A stretch of DNA of 64,000 nt, taken from the NCBI RefSeq assembly GCF_902459465.1, contig NC_047079.1:186001-250000 (forward strand). The letters run 5' to 3'. Below the pieces are notes generated by a model. It was not told the DNA's origin. It was given only the letters and a program-made list of their open reading frames with translations, and searched no databases. Positions 1 through 12,545 of the stretch are shown here, one piece after another. The DNA is from Asterias rubens (Eukaryota). The position numbers and the translations under genes are program-made. How positions within the stretch are numbered: position 1 is the stretch's first letter; each line of letters starts with the position of its first letter.

Positions 1-452
1 ATTCAATTGTTTGAGGTACCTGCTGCTAAAAACAGGATTCAAACTGTTTTTGAATGCCGGGTCATATGGGCTTAAATCCTTCAAAAAACTAGTATTCGTT
101 GGTGGTTTTTGTTGTTGTTCCAGAATGTGTTTCTGTTGTTTTGGGGGGAGGGAGGGGGCAGGACTTTGAAAGCAACAATGATACAGTGATTCACACATCA
201 ACATTTGTTATAACTAGAAAAATATGGTTTATTTGTTCTCTTAGTTTTCCTTTGTTTCATCAAAAATATGCATACATGTAAATTTACATGTGAAATGAAA
301 TGTACAATTTTGATAACATCTGCTACACACTAAGTCCCAGAAGAAAAAGAAAAATAACTGACGTTGAATAATACAGAACAAATCAACAATTTACACAAAG
401 TATAAAAGGTTCAGCTGTGTATTATACATTTTATAAATGTTTAAATAATTAA

Positions 453-830
453 AGGCAGTGGACACTATTGGTAATTACTCAAAATAATTATTAGCATAAA
501 ACCTTACTTGGTAACGAGTAATGGGGCGAGGTTGATAGTATAAAACATTGTAAGAAACAGCTCCCTCTGAGGTAACGTAGTTTACGAGAAAGTAGTAACT
601 TTCCTCGAATTTGATTTTGAGACCTCACAGTTAGAATTTGAGTTCTCAAAATCAAGCATCAGAAAGCACACAACTTCGTGTGACAAGGGTGTTTTTTCTT
701 TCATCATTATCTCGCAACTTCGATGACCAATTGAGCTCAAATTTTCACAGGTTTGTTATTTTATGCATATGATGTACAGAAGTGAGAAGACTGGTCTTTG
801 ACAATTACCAAATTACCAATAGTGCCTTTA
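453..830. mobile_element. TTAA-flanked MITE family A (TIR AGGCAGTGGACACTATTGGTAATT), degenerate right end
   Basis: Near-identical to the complete copies at 4127 and 14397. Confidence 0.8.
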
Positions 831-1359
831 TTGTAAATGGCACGCCTTAACAAGAATATTTTTAAAGTTAAGACTTTTATGAACACCCAAATACAAAGTC
901 TCCCTTTTTAAGGTGCTAACTTCATAGTACACACATGTAATTGGTACAAGTCCAATAGACATAGTCCCATTAAATGTTTTTAATTTGCAAAGTGCAATAA
1001 CCTTTCACCGTGTCAAGTTTATTTTTGTCAAAACAGGAGAAGTTGGCTGGTAGTGGCTTGAAAGACATACAATGAAGAGATCTTCTTATAACACATGTTT
1101 AAGAGGTTATACTGTACCTATATATATTTATAGTGCAAGTAATGATTTAAGCACTGGTAAAAAATGCTTCTCATGTGGCCTTTAATTGAGCACTCAAACT
1201 GCTTTTTTGAAAAGCAAGCTAATTTGAATAACAAAATCACATAATTCAACTACTATTTCAGAACTTTTATTTTTCTTCTCCAATTTGTTACTGTTTTCAC
1301 CCCAACTGACCATCATTTATAAAGGTTTGGGTGGCAAGTTGGGTCATATTTCTAAACAG

Positions 1360-1672
1360 TCACGCAGGCACAGACCCCAACAGCTGGGAGGAAGCTGCAC
1401 AGGAACGCACCGCCTGGAGGCACACAGTTGCCACAGGGGTCCACTACGCTGAAGAGAGGCGCACTTCCTTGCTGCGGGAAAAGAGGCAGAGGAGGAAATT
1501 GCGAGTAGCAGCCCCCACCCCTGTGTCAGCCCCCTCCCCGTATGTCTGCAACAACTGTGGCAGAGACTGCCATGCAAGAATCGGACTTCACAGCCGCAGC
1601 TGCAAGAGAGAGGACAACCCCCCAGGCGCAGTCCATCGCCGGTATTGAAGGATGGATGCCTACTACTTGAAC
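1360..1672 (+). mobile_element. RTE-clade LINE, 3' fragment
   Basis: Translates as SWEEAAQERTAWRHTV...YVCNNCGRDCHARIGLHSRSC (RTE C-terminal CCHC-like finger) and ends in gcctactact, an RTE-type short-repeat tail. Confidence 0.8.
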
Positions 1673-1987
1673 TGATTCTAACCATCTGTAATGAAAGAGT
1701 CTGTCTAAATAATTTGCAATATATACAGCTGCAGACAATAAATACTTGCTATAAACTACTCAAAGTAAAAGGTGCAACCAAGCCCCCCCCCCCCCCACCC
1801 CCAACAAAAAAAAAAAATTTTTAAAGGTCAGCTATAAACTACATGTATCTACTTCTCAACATTCCACCATCCCGGCACTCCTGATTGGGGTGATGATCGT
1901 TGTTTTTAACATTCTGGGCCATCTATTTCTTTGGAACAATTTTATTATTTGACAAACTGCAAACATTCCCATTTACTTAATGACAAT

Positions 1988-2305
1988 AAAGGTATTTGAC
2001 ACTATTGGTTATTACTCAAAATAATTGTTGGCATAGCTGTTGATAGCATAAAACATTGTGAGAAACGGCTTCCTCTGAAGTAACGTAGTTTTTGAGTAAG
2101 AAGAAATTTGTCACTAAAATATTTGAATTGAATTCGAGACCTCAGCTGAGGTCTCGGTATCATCTGAAAGCACACACGACTTGTGATAGGGGTGTTTTTC
2201 TTGACAACTTTGACAACCAGTCCAATTTTTCACTGATTAGTTATTTTATGCATATGTTGAGTTACACCAAATGAGAAGACAATTACCAAAGGTGTTCAGT
2301 GCCTT
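1988..2305. mobile_element. MITE family A, diverged copy
   Basis: Internal similarity to other family A copies (gacactattgg...aaacattgtgagaaacggc...attacc...cagtgcctt). Confidence 0.7.
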
Positions 2306-2607
2306 CAAATGTTAATTAGTAAAAAAGCAAGCGCTAAAGAGCTATTGAAACTATACAACATTTAAACAAAAACACCCTTTGCATTAATATAGTTTTAGAG
2401 ACCTCAAACACTGCTTTATATTATAAGTTTTTAATTATGTAAGTTCATTTGTTAACTATTTTCACAACTTTGGATTATTTAGATTTTTGTTTATCTTCAC
2501 ATGGTGAGTGAAAAGATATATTATTTGCAGTCTTTCCCAATTTTTTTGTTTTAACTGTGCACTACACATTATGGATTTAACAAATGAAAACTATTTTGAA
2601 GTTGCAT

Positions 2608-5600
2608 TTAGAGATCTTCATGTGACTGTTGGTTCTGATGCTGTTTGTTCCTCAATTCATTCTCTCGGTCTACTGTATTCCTGTTTTCTGTTGTAATTGT
2701 TTCCATTTCTAAAATTGAAAAAAGAGAACAAAATAAAAAATAAAGTTTCATAGGGTTTATAACAGATATTTACAAAGAATATAATGTGAAAATATTTAAC
2801 AGAAATTGTTAATTCTGAAATTGCCTGTGGTTGATCAATGTTGACGCACCATTTAAAACATGTTGCCTTTTAGGGTTGAACTAAAATTTAGCATTGATTG
2901 ATAAAAACTAAATTCATTCCAATCCTCCACTTTCAATAAACAACCTCCAATAACCTGTAACAGTTTCATAAAGTCTAGGTGAAAACAAAACTGCGTTTCT
3001 GTTGAGCTGTACACATTCAATAGCAATATTGTTCTAGAGGGTCATTGAATCTTGTTTTTCTACAGTGAGTACATTGTACAAAAATGTACATGTACTTCTG
3101 GGGATTGGTCGGAGGGCCCACTATTAATCCACTATTAACCACCATGCGCCCCTGCACCATTGATATCCCGATAGTGGAGTTTGTGTGCAGTACTGACCAG
3201 ATACAGATGCTCTGGTATAACTTTATATTTAGATCAACTTTCTCTTTTTACTAATTGCCAAATCCTTGACTCGACTTCACAATGAAGAAATAAATAAATT
3301 ATAATAATTTTGGAGGCTAATCATCCTTCCTAGCAGCTCACAGCTGAATTGTGAAGGACACGGCTACAACGTGTTTGAGAAGCAGGCATGGGCGCCTTTG
3401 GCAGCAAGCTACATCAACTATTATGTGATCCAAAGTGTTTGATTTTTCCAGTGAGCCAAAAATGCTCTTAGAACAACTTCCAATCTAACACCCTTTTCAG
3501 ACAGGCCTTCAGAGTCGTGCTGAACCAAATTAGTAACTAAGTACATCAAAAGTTTGGCGTCAGAAACATGTAGGAGCGACTGGACGAGCTAGAAGTCAAA
3601 AGATTCTGGGTCGATCAAGAGTTGCTCTTAGTCTCTTTGCTGTAATGTGCAGCATTGAACATGGTGTGTGATTTTTAAACAAGTTATTAATGCTTACCGG
3701 CTGAGGCTGACTTTAAGGATGATTTTAAGCTCTTTCTGAACATAAGCAGTACTTTCTCTATGTTGGCGTCCACTTCCTTTCTTGAAACAATATTATCATT
3801 TCCACTGTCCAAAATTGAGTACACCTTTAACAAACAGGGATAGAAAGCAATATCTTTATCAAAGGAATTCTCCTTGTATGAACCATAGCTCAAGATTCAC
3901 TAGGCAGTTTATAAAGGCATATTATGACCAAGGTGAGAGGGCCTTAAGGCAAACGTTATATATTAAATAAACAAGTATTGAATGAAGAACATTAATGTTA
4001 GAATTAACATGCAGCTCGTTTCCTTCAGGGATAAGGTAGACTGGTGATGAAAAAACTGAACTATGAGCACAAAGCTCATGAGTTGGACTTTTGTTCTAAT
4101 GTTTAGAAAAAACAATAGACTATTAAAGGCAGTGGACACTAATGGTAATTACTCAAAATAATTATCAGCATACCTTTCTTGGTGACGAGTAATGGGTACA
4201 GGCTGATGGTATTAAACATTGTGAGAAACGGCTCCCTCTGAAGTGCCATAGTTTTTGAGAAAGAAGTAATTTTCCACGAATTTGATTTCAATCTCGAAAT
4301 CAACCATCTAAACGCACACAACTTCGTGTGACAAGGGTGTTTTTTTCTTTCATTATTATCTCGCAACTTCGATGACCGATTGAGCTCAAATTTTCACAGG
4401 TTTGGTATTTGATGCATATGTTGAGATACACCAACTGTGAAGGCTAGTCTTTGACAACTACCAATAGTGTCCACTGCCTTTAAACTTAAAATGCACCTGG
4501 CATTGATCAAGTGACATTTTTCAGGTATGTTTTTTTATTTGGGAACAAAGTTTGTTTTTAATCACTGAACACCTTATATTAAAACCTCTGAAGGATCAAT
4601 TAATTTAGATTTATTAATTTGTAATCAGAGTTAACAAAATATAACCACAAATATGTTTTGTTTCTTAAGGAAGAGGCCTGCTTGGAAATATTTTATGACT
4701 CAACAGAGTAGATACAAAGTGAAAGAAATGAATTGAATAACCTAATTTTATCTTATTACCTGTATTCCTCCCTTTTTGGAGCCACCATACTCCTGGTATA
4801 ACGTCAAAAAGTCTGCCTTATACAGTTCACCATTAGAATGAGCTTCAGCTTCATGCATACATGTAAGTAAGAAATCCCTGTCAGGAAACACAAAGACATA
4901 AGAGAGTTAGTCACATTGAATGCTAAGTTCCCTGAACCAGTCATTAACACCCTACACAGTAACCATGGAGGATCTACCTCCATGCAGTAACTGCTCCAAT
5001 TTAGACCCGATTATAAATTTCCAATGTGTGGTTCAGAGTTTTCAAATATTAGATAGATTTTGGAGTGAATATTTGTGATGACCACCGCAGCGCAAATTGC
5101 GCAACCAGACTGATCATGAAGAGAGAGATTTTTTTGGGGTTGGCAATATAATTCAAACAGCGATGCGAAGTAATCATACGTTTAACTTTACACCAATATA
5201 ATGTATCTAAGTTGTCAACTAAGCTTTGGTCCATTGGCTCTTCCAGTTCAGCGGTTGTGTACATGTACCCGATCTTTACTATCGCACAAGGTCAATGTGG
5301 GTCAGCTTTTTCACCTTAAAGACATTGGACACTATTGGTAATTGTCAACGACCAGTCTTCTCACTTGGTGTATCTCAACAGATGCATAAAATAACAAACC
5401 TGTGAAAATTTGAGCTCAATTGGTCATCGATTGGTCATCATGACATCATCAAGTCTTTGTCGTCTTGATATTTAGGTTTGTATGTCTGATGAGTTTCAAT
5501 GTTCAATTCATTTTCAATCTTGATTTGTGCTGCACTAAACCTAAAAAAATACTTTTTGAAGGAAAACAAAGGCAATGTTTGACCCAGGGTAATTACAACA

Positions 5601-8600
5601 CGGATTAAACTAAGATCATACAATTTTGACATTAACTTTTTTAAATGTTGCCCCTGTCTTGATCTGTCATATTGCCCCATTATGAACATCAAAGCTTTCA
5701 CATTCAATGAGATACAGCAAACAGTTCTTAATGAATCAAACATTAGGCAAGTTGGTGTGTTAAACACTACATGTACCTTATTTCATCTGGAGTGAAGCTA
5801 AAAAACTCATGGTCCTCTGTATTTCCGCTATCTCCGTCCAAAATATTAGCCAAGGTTGTCAACGTTTTCAAAGACAGAGCATTAAGCTCTTTATCACAGA
5901 CTAGTTTGCCATCCTGGTTGGCGTCTAATATATCCATCAGCTAAGAAAAACAATAAATTGAATACAATCCGTTGAATAGACCTGTATCATGCTGCCTCAA
6001 TCTTGGTCATGTTCCTCGCATGCTTAGCTTATAAATCATCTTGTAATTAGGAACCAGACTGTTTTGTTCTTTTAGCCTCGGTTTGGTAACATTAATATCA
6101 ACGAGAGAAATTCAAGATGGCTGCACCATGATAAAGGTCTAATGTGCAAGTTCCTTGTGTCTGAAATGTGTTCACTGATCATGACTGATTGACTGATTGA
6201 AATTTGCGATTAATCAACTAACCTTCAATAAAAAGAACTTAAGTTTATTCAAAAACACCATCTTCCACCTCACAAGAATAACCAGTGTGCTTCGGAGGAC
6301 ACATAAACTCACAAAACTCTTTGCAACACAAAGCAGCAGGCTGGCATTCAAGTTTGTGTGTGTGTTTAGTGGTCATGGTGGTAGTCATCCACACGCCACA
6401 CCTTTGATTAGATGGAGGATTGTCATTCACAGTCAACTGGATCAATGAGTCCCTGTAATCATGGTTTGTTTGCCTCCATTAAAAGGCACTGCAAACAATA
6501 CGACTCTTTGCATGGATTTGTGTTTTTATTCTATTTTTGCTTTGATTAAAGACCCATTTCTTTCAACCAACCAAGGTTTTGTTAAGAAGGATAACTGCAT
6601 TGTACCCAGGGCTTTTTGTTCTCTCTCTGTTTGCAGATAATTGGCCAGAAACATGACTGTAAACATGATATGAGCCCACTCAATCTGTAATGTCTACGAG
6701 GGAACATCTTTTTATCCAAAAATTCAATTTAATTCAATTTATTTATTTCATCACAGATTACAAGTAAAAGGTTCCAGTGACAAAGCAAATGTTTAATGGC
6801 TAGAGGTTTTTTTCCAACTGATGAAAGCAATCCAGCATTAGTACAGGAAAATGGATGTATAATCCATAAGGCATGTAAGGGAACAGGGAAACATGCAGAA
6901 AGGCTAAGAATTCATTAGAGATCATGGCTTGATTTTTTTAATTGAAAAACATGGTGCAAGGTAAACAAGGAATACTTAAATGTAAAGGTACATGTACCTA
7001 CCTTGTTTACAATATTTTCAAGACTTTCTTTTATATTTATTTCCTTCAGAACATCTTCATCAAAGTGTTGGGAAATCACAGTAGTTTCCTGAAACTTGTT
7101 TTCTCCACCAAAGTCCAATCCAAATTCCTGATAACAAATATTTTAAAAATCTTTATAAAACACATCACCTTCTGACAAGCCAATTGAAAATCTGTACCAT
7201 CCGTACAAAACACTGGTTTCAGGGTTCTTTGGCCATTGTTCAGCGCTTGAATAGTAATGAAATCACTAAGTATGTGCAATCTCCATGGTGCAATAGACCT
7301 TTATCAAGCAGTCACCATCTTGGTCATGTTCCCCGTTTCCAACAGTAATGAATGTAGCATTCATTGCGCAAACATGGCACCAGACTATTATTTCGACCAG
7401 CCTCAGTTTGGTTACAATAAGTCGGAAGGGAGTAAAATCAAGATGGCCACACCGTGATAAAGGTCTATTGCGTTACAGTACCTAGCACGCCAGGCGAAGA
7501 TTCCTCAGAGCCGAGTGAATCACCCCGAGCTGGGTTGATAGAGGAGCCTGACGAGCAAGCAAACCCACAGCTGGCGGGACCAGAATGGGGCTATGAGAGG
7601 ACACTGTAGTCTTCCTGCTCGATCTTGATCAGCAAGGATGAGTGAGATGGGCGTGAACGTATAGGCCATCCCACTGCACTGATTTAGCATCGATCTTCCA
7701 CATGTTAGGTTTGGGCTCCTTGGACAGTAGATCCGCAGCTGGTTGTTCACATGTTCACTATGCTTCATAGGCAGGCCTGAGACTGGCAAGGTGACACATT
7801 TGCCCTCTCATCCCTTTTTGGGTATGGCCCCTGTACTAGACAATCTCTTAGCCTTAGGCGATTCACTATTCAGTTGGCTGGACCCAAAAACACTTACCGA
7901 AGACAAAGGGACTGTAGGACACAAGAAGTAATTCATTGTATGTAGGGAACAACACATTTGTAGTATTCACTCAACAGGTTAGTAGAGTGAAGTAGCCCAT
8001 TCAATCTATTTTTGACAGATTTTCAAAAGCAATAAAGTAACACAATTACCTCAAGAAGACTTTCCATCAAACTGCTGTGGTCCAGCATTCCCTGCAAGTG
8101 ACACCACTCAATCAATGTCTCACTGTCATGATATTGATACAGATACAAAACAAATTACCAATGTTCAACCCCCCAAAAAGATAATCTATTAGTAAGGAGG
8201 AGTAATTGTGCTAAATTGCTATAAATGCCATCAAAATCAAAATTCTGTATGGCATTATGCACACAATTTTGTCTACAATAATACAGACAGTACTGGGCCC
8301 AATTTCATGGCTTTGCTTTAGTAGGCAAAGAATCGGTGCTTTAACGCATGTAAAAGAACCCAAGGTGCTCTTATCGAAAAGAGAAGGGGTTTGCCCCGAT
8401 GTTCCTGGCTGTGGCTGCTAATGGGATGTAGCGCCTTGTAAACCCTCATAAGGTGCTACATAATTGGGTTTCAAAAGTCTTTACATTTCAATAACCTCTC
8501 TTTCTGTATTAATGTATATTTATACTAAGCGCCTTGAGTACCTTGTTGGTAGATAATGCGCTACATAAGATATTATTATTATTGTTATTATTAAACTCAC

Positions 8601-10826
8601 TTAAGCTCATAAGGATCTGTATCACCCATTGTCTGATCTTCATATCCATCATATGTAAACACCATATTAATTTCAGTCAGAGGGATAAAGTCTTGGCTTT
8701 TGTCATTGCAGTCACTCAAATCAACATCACTCAGTCGTGAAAACAAAACCGAGACAGCCATGTTTCTTGTTCCATATGAGCGCACCTGATGCCAATAACC
8801 TACATCACAAAAAGATAATTTTCACAAGGATTAATTACAATGAATTCAATGGAAATAAAATATAGATGCACTTTCAGCCTTATTGGGGTTTTTTTCTTTT
8901 CTTTTTTTCCCCAATACTGTCAAGGTTTTAGACAACATTGTAGGCCTAGTTATTAATTGTTCGGTTTAACCCATACACACCGATATGTGTGTTAGCACAG
9001 TACTTTCCAGAGTTCTGTGAACAAAATCACAGACATATTACTCGAATGGGATTCGAACCCACAACCTTTGCAATTCTAGAGCAGTGTCTTACCAACTAGA
9101 CATTGTAGTTGTCTATAAAACATCATGCCCCAAAACACTACATTTTTTAAAATTAAGTAAGAAATAATCTAAGGTCTGTTTGAGAATGTAAAATAAACAA
9201 ATTTGCAAAATAATTTCTCGAAATACTCCACTTCGATATCTGAAAGGCATTTGTTTTGAAACTATAAACCCAAATCTTGCTACGTGTAGTAACATGTAAT
9301 TAGTAATAATACACAGAAAATGAAAAAATCCACCCCATAGAATATGGTAGAGGTCAAGAATGTCTTAAAAAACATAGCATTACAAGGCAGCACTCTGTTC
9401 ATTTTCAGTAGAATACACAGGCAGCATAAAATACTAATAATAGTTTTTGTTTTACGTACCATAGGGGAGGTATAGGCAATCACCAGCAGTAAGATTGGCA
9501 TATGTCCAGTCCACATCAGCAAAAGAGGGGTACTTATCCAGATCAACATTGTCAGGATCCAAGAGTGCAAAACCCCCATAAGCTTCAACTTCTTCCTGCA
9601 ATAAATATAAATTGAGTTAATTGTGTATAGTTTATAATTGTGTATAGTTTATAACAGTCAAAAACAGGTTTTCCAACAGTTTGTGTAATAACGAGTTTCA
9701 CATAACAGCTAACAAAAAGACATACCGAAAATTCACTGCCAGAGTTCAGGGCCACAGAGTTACATGCACATGGGAGGGGGAGCTGAACTGTGAAGAGCAA
9801 TGCATTTCAAATATGCTAGGATATAATGCCACACTCAATGCAGAGAGGTTACCGCAGTACACTGTCAACGCTTTTCAAGTCAATTGTGGGGGTGTGGTAC
9901 TGAGCACAAACAGTATTGAGGCAATTTTTTGTTTTTTATGGGATTGTTTTTGGGAAGTGGACTTTTATAGGGGGCAGTGATTAAAAACATCCGCCACAAG
10001 TGCAAAAAATCATGTCATCCAAAGAAGTGGTTTTAAATTGCACATTCAACACAAAATTCCTGAAATCATGCAAAACAAATTTTATGTAATGCTTTTTTGT
10101 GAAGATACAACACTGCTGAGTTCTAGATTTGTGTATAATAAATATCACTGTACATTTCCTTAAATGCTTTATTTTTGTTACGTACCTTACCTTAGCGATT
10201 GGGATGTGATCTTCAAAGGAGGGGTGGATGAAGATCCAGTCCTTTGTTCCAGCATAGAGACAATTGATGGCATTGTCTGCATCTCTATGCAGTAGACTCT
10301 TTGTGCCACCGCTACTCATCCACAAATTAGCCTCCAGAATCCGTTTGACAAAGGTACCACAGGTGAGAAAAGGTAGCACGGAGACCCCAGATGCCATTGG
10401 CTGAGGAAGTTGAGAGACGATGTATGCATTCCTTGACTGATAACTCCTTAAAAAACTGGCGATGGTATCCTGCCCAAGCCCTTTCACTCCAGTTGGAATG
10501 TTCTCTTTTTCAGATTTTGACTCGATCTTTACCTTCAAATCCCCAAAATTGTCCATTAAATAATCATCCGTCCAAAGATGCATCCCTTTTGACAGGTGGG
10601 CTGCTCCTCTAAAAATGACTGGCTTTCGTTGAGCTGCATAGTTCTCCCAGAACTCTCTTGAGGATGGAATCCCTTCAAGTATCTCTATGTGACCAATGGG
10701 GTCTTTATGTTTGCCAAGTTGCATCCCATGACCTTGCAAAAACTTTGTATCAGCACAAGGAATTAAGAACATTAGTAATATTCTTGTAAATAAAGTTACA
10801 CTCGACTGTGATGGATGCATCTTCAT
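2608..10826 (-). CDS. JmjC (cupin-8-like) 2-oxoglutarate/Fe(II) oxygenase with N-terminal signal peptide, C-terminal EF-hand-like loops and C-terminal HEDL; ~559 aa, 9 coding exons
   Basis: Exons (minus) 10826-10191, 9595-9460, 8799-8601, 8122-8050, 7127-7002, 5940-5777, 4877-4760, 3824-3698, 2708-2608. All junctions are GT-AG with phases 0,1,2,0,0,2,0,1 and total 1680 nt in frame. Motifs: KPVIFRGAA; LWMSSGGTKSLLHRDADNAINCLYAGTKDW (H-x-D plus Lys); GDCLYLPYGYWHQVRS (distal His). Hydrophobic N-terminus VTLFTRILLMFLIPC. Loops DANQDGKLVCDKE and DSGNDNIVSRKE. Ends QQSHEDL*. Confidence 0.85.
4127..4479. mobile_element. MITE family A, complete
   Basis: TTAA|AGGCAGTGGACACTA...TAGTGTCCACTGCCT|TTAA. 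Confidence 0.9.
5977..6141. mobile_element. Short MITE (TIR ATAGACCTTTATCA-like); second copy 7293-7468
   Basis: Both copies start atagacc, contain atcttggtcatgttcc and caagatggc, and end gataaaggtcta. Confidence 0.7.
7480..7935 (-). mobile_element. Degenerate DIRS-like (tyrosine-recombinase retrotransposon) pol C-terminal fragment
   Basis: GC-richer island. Minus-strand frames give NNQLRIYC, KIDAKSVQWDGLY, PISLIL and PLIAPFWSRQLW..LLVRLL, resembling the DIRS1 pol tail (N-x-QL-x-x-YC...DAL...W...YAFPP...LIAPxWPRQxW). Stops and frameshifts present. Confidence 0.5.
8345..8592 (+). mobile_element. SINE/LINE-type 3' segment with (TAT)n tail; inverted relative at ~21675-21790
   Basis: Shared agcgccttgagtacc...gtt(g)gtagata..tgcgcta.ataaga followed by a TAT repeat. 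Confidence 0.6.
8965..9101 (-). mobile_element. tRNA-derived SINE; other copies 25500-25655 (+), 25433-25489 (-, partial), 58975-59120 (-)
   Basis: A-box-like TAGTTGGTAAGA and B box GGTTCGAATCCC followed by a shared non-tRNA body (acatgcctgtgat...cacaggactcgggaaagtactg). Confidence 0.8.
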
Positions 10827-11599
10827 TCTTAAGGAAGCCATTGTTCAATTCTTCATGATCAGTCTCACATTTCTGTTTGAAAAAAATAAAAGATTGAAAT
10901 ACATCATTTGTTTGTAATTCTTCTTTTTCTTTCCCCCTGCAAATGTATGTTTTAAACATTTAAACTTCAAACAAACATCCATGCCTACAGCTAGATCTTA
11001 AATGAAGACACTGCTATAATTTCAACATTAGGGGTTTACAAATTACATTAAAGTTTAGTATGAGAACAAATCATAACTCATGAAATTATACTTTGGATTT
11101 TTACAATCAATAAACATAAAAGATCTCTCCTGTAAGAAAGTACCAAGTGATGATTCATGGTGTTCTCAAAATATCTTCTAAAAGCTAGCGTGATACACCA
11201 TCATTACCAAACTAATCCAAGATGTTAGTGTGCTGACTCTTACGAGTTTGGCTGTAATCAATTAAAGACACTGGACACATTTTCCTTTTGTCAAAGAAAA
11301 GTCTTCTCACTTAGTGACATATTCACAAATAATAACAAACCTGCGAAAATTTGAACTCAGATACAACACATATCTTGTTCAATTGTTACAAATTTCAAAT
11401 CTTAACTTTTTTTAACAAAATTATTTGATGCTTTATTACGGAATGGTCATTTTAACAGTAACTTGATTTTGAAATTACTGTAGGCCCTCTGTTGTTTTTT
11501 TATCTCTTCTGCAACTATTGCAGATGAGAGCCTCTCCCGAAAGCTTAAAGCCTTCGTGAAAGACTCAATAAAAATTTAAACGTCTGGCCACAAATTAGC

Positions 11600-12292
11600 A
11601 ATTTTGTGCCGTCACTGTCAGGGGGCAACTTTGAGAGGGGGCAACTTTTCCAAGTGAGGGGGGAGACTTTGCAAAGGGGGAGACTTTGCTAGGTGGCGAC
11701 TCTGCTAGGGGTGAGTTGCCTATCTACCTCTTCCCTACCAGGGCTACCTCTTTTGAAGCTACTCTTCACCCGGTGGCACATAAGATGACTTTGCTAGGGG
11801 TGAGTTGACTACCACATGCACCTACCTTTGTTACGGGCACTGGTGTCCCCTCCCCCCTAGGCTGTACCCCCTAGTTTTGCCACTTTGCTGATGAGTTGCC
11901 CATCTACCTCTTTCACTCTTCACCCGGCAGCACAGCTGGGGGCGAGTTGACTGGCATTCGTTGGCGCTTATGCACCTTCCCAGGGCACGAACACGGGTGT
12001 CCCCTCCCATTATAGGCAAGGTGTCACCTCCCCCCTACCCCCACCCCCTCCTTTCAAGTTTCGCCACTTTGCTGAGTTGCCCGTTTAGAGATGTTACTCT
12101 CCACCCAGAGGCACAGATGTCAATAAGATGACTTTGGGTCTTTGCTGGGGTCGAGTTGACTGCCATCCGTTGGGGCACATGCACCTACCTACCTGGCGCA
12201 CAGACACGGGTGTCCCCTACCCCCTAGTTTCGCCACTTTGCCCATATCTACCTCTTTCGAAGCTACCCGGCAGGACAGATGTCAATAACTAT
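11600..12292. repeat. GC-rich degenerate tandem array (~160-190 bp unit, ~3.5 copies) preceded by short GGGGGCAACTTT/GAGACTTTGC repeats
   Basis: Recurring ctcttcacccgg..gcaca, gagttgact, acgggtgtcccct and tttcgccactttgc blocks. Confidence 0.75.
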
Positions 12293-12545
12293 AAGATTAC
12301 AAATCGTTCTAGTCTATCTTTGGACCGGACGCCTAACGACTGGTCTGAATTTAAGTCCCAGAGGTTCTCGATATATATGGGCTGCTGCGGTCTCCTCCTA
12401 CAACTTTCTAAAAGGTAAATAATAATGATAGGCCTATGTACTATCCTATTTTGCACGCAGTCATTTTGACACCTCAGTCCTCGGACTCTTTTTTAAAAAT
12501 TATCACAAATAATAAATATGGAAATCCATCCATCCAATGGGAATG

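Noticed and set aside
3595-3639. Alternative short terminal exon for the JmjC gene (AKRLRATLDRPRIF*)
   Set aside because: It would need a 58-nt intron with a weak acceptor; the 2708-2608 exon has a strong acceptor and ends in HEDL.
6245-6445. Cys-rich 66-aa minus-strand ORF within the JmjC gene
   Set aside because: No usable splice sites in phase and no recognisable domain; the flanking exons join without it.
9981-10190. C-terminal part of the 286-aa ORF (VRYVTKIK...)
   Set aside because: Intron read-through after the AAG|GTAAGG donor at 10191; the JmjC domain continues in the 9595 exon.
11147-11237. GTGATGA...CTGA spacing like a C/D box snoRNA
   Set aside because: Opposite strand to the host intron, no terminal stem, and no recognisable rRNA guide.
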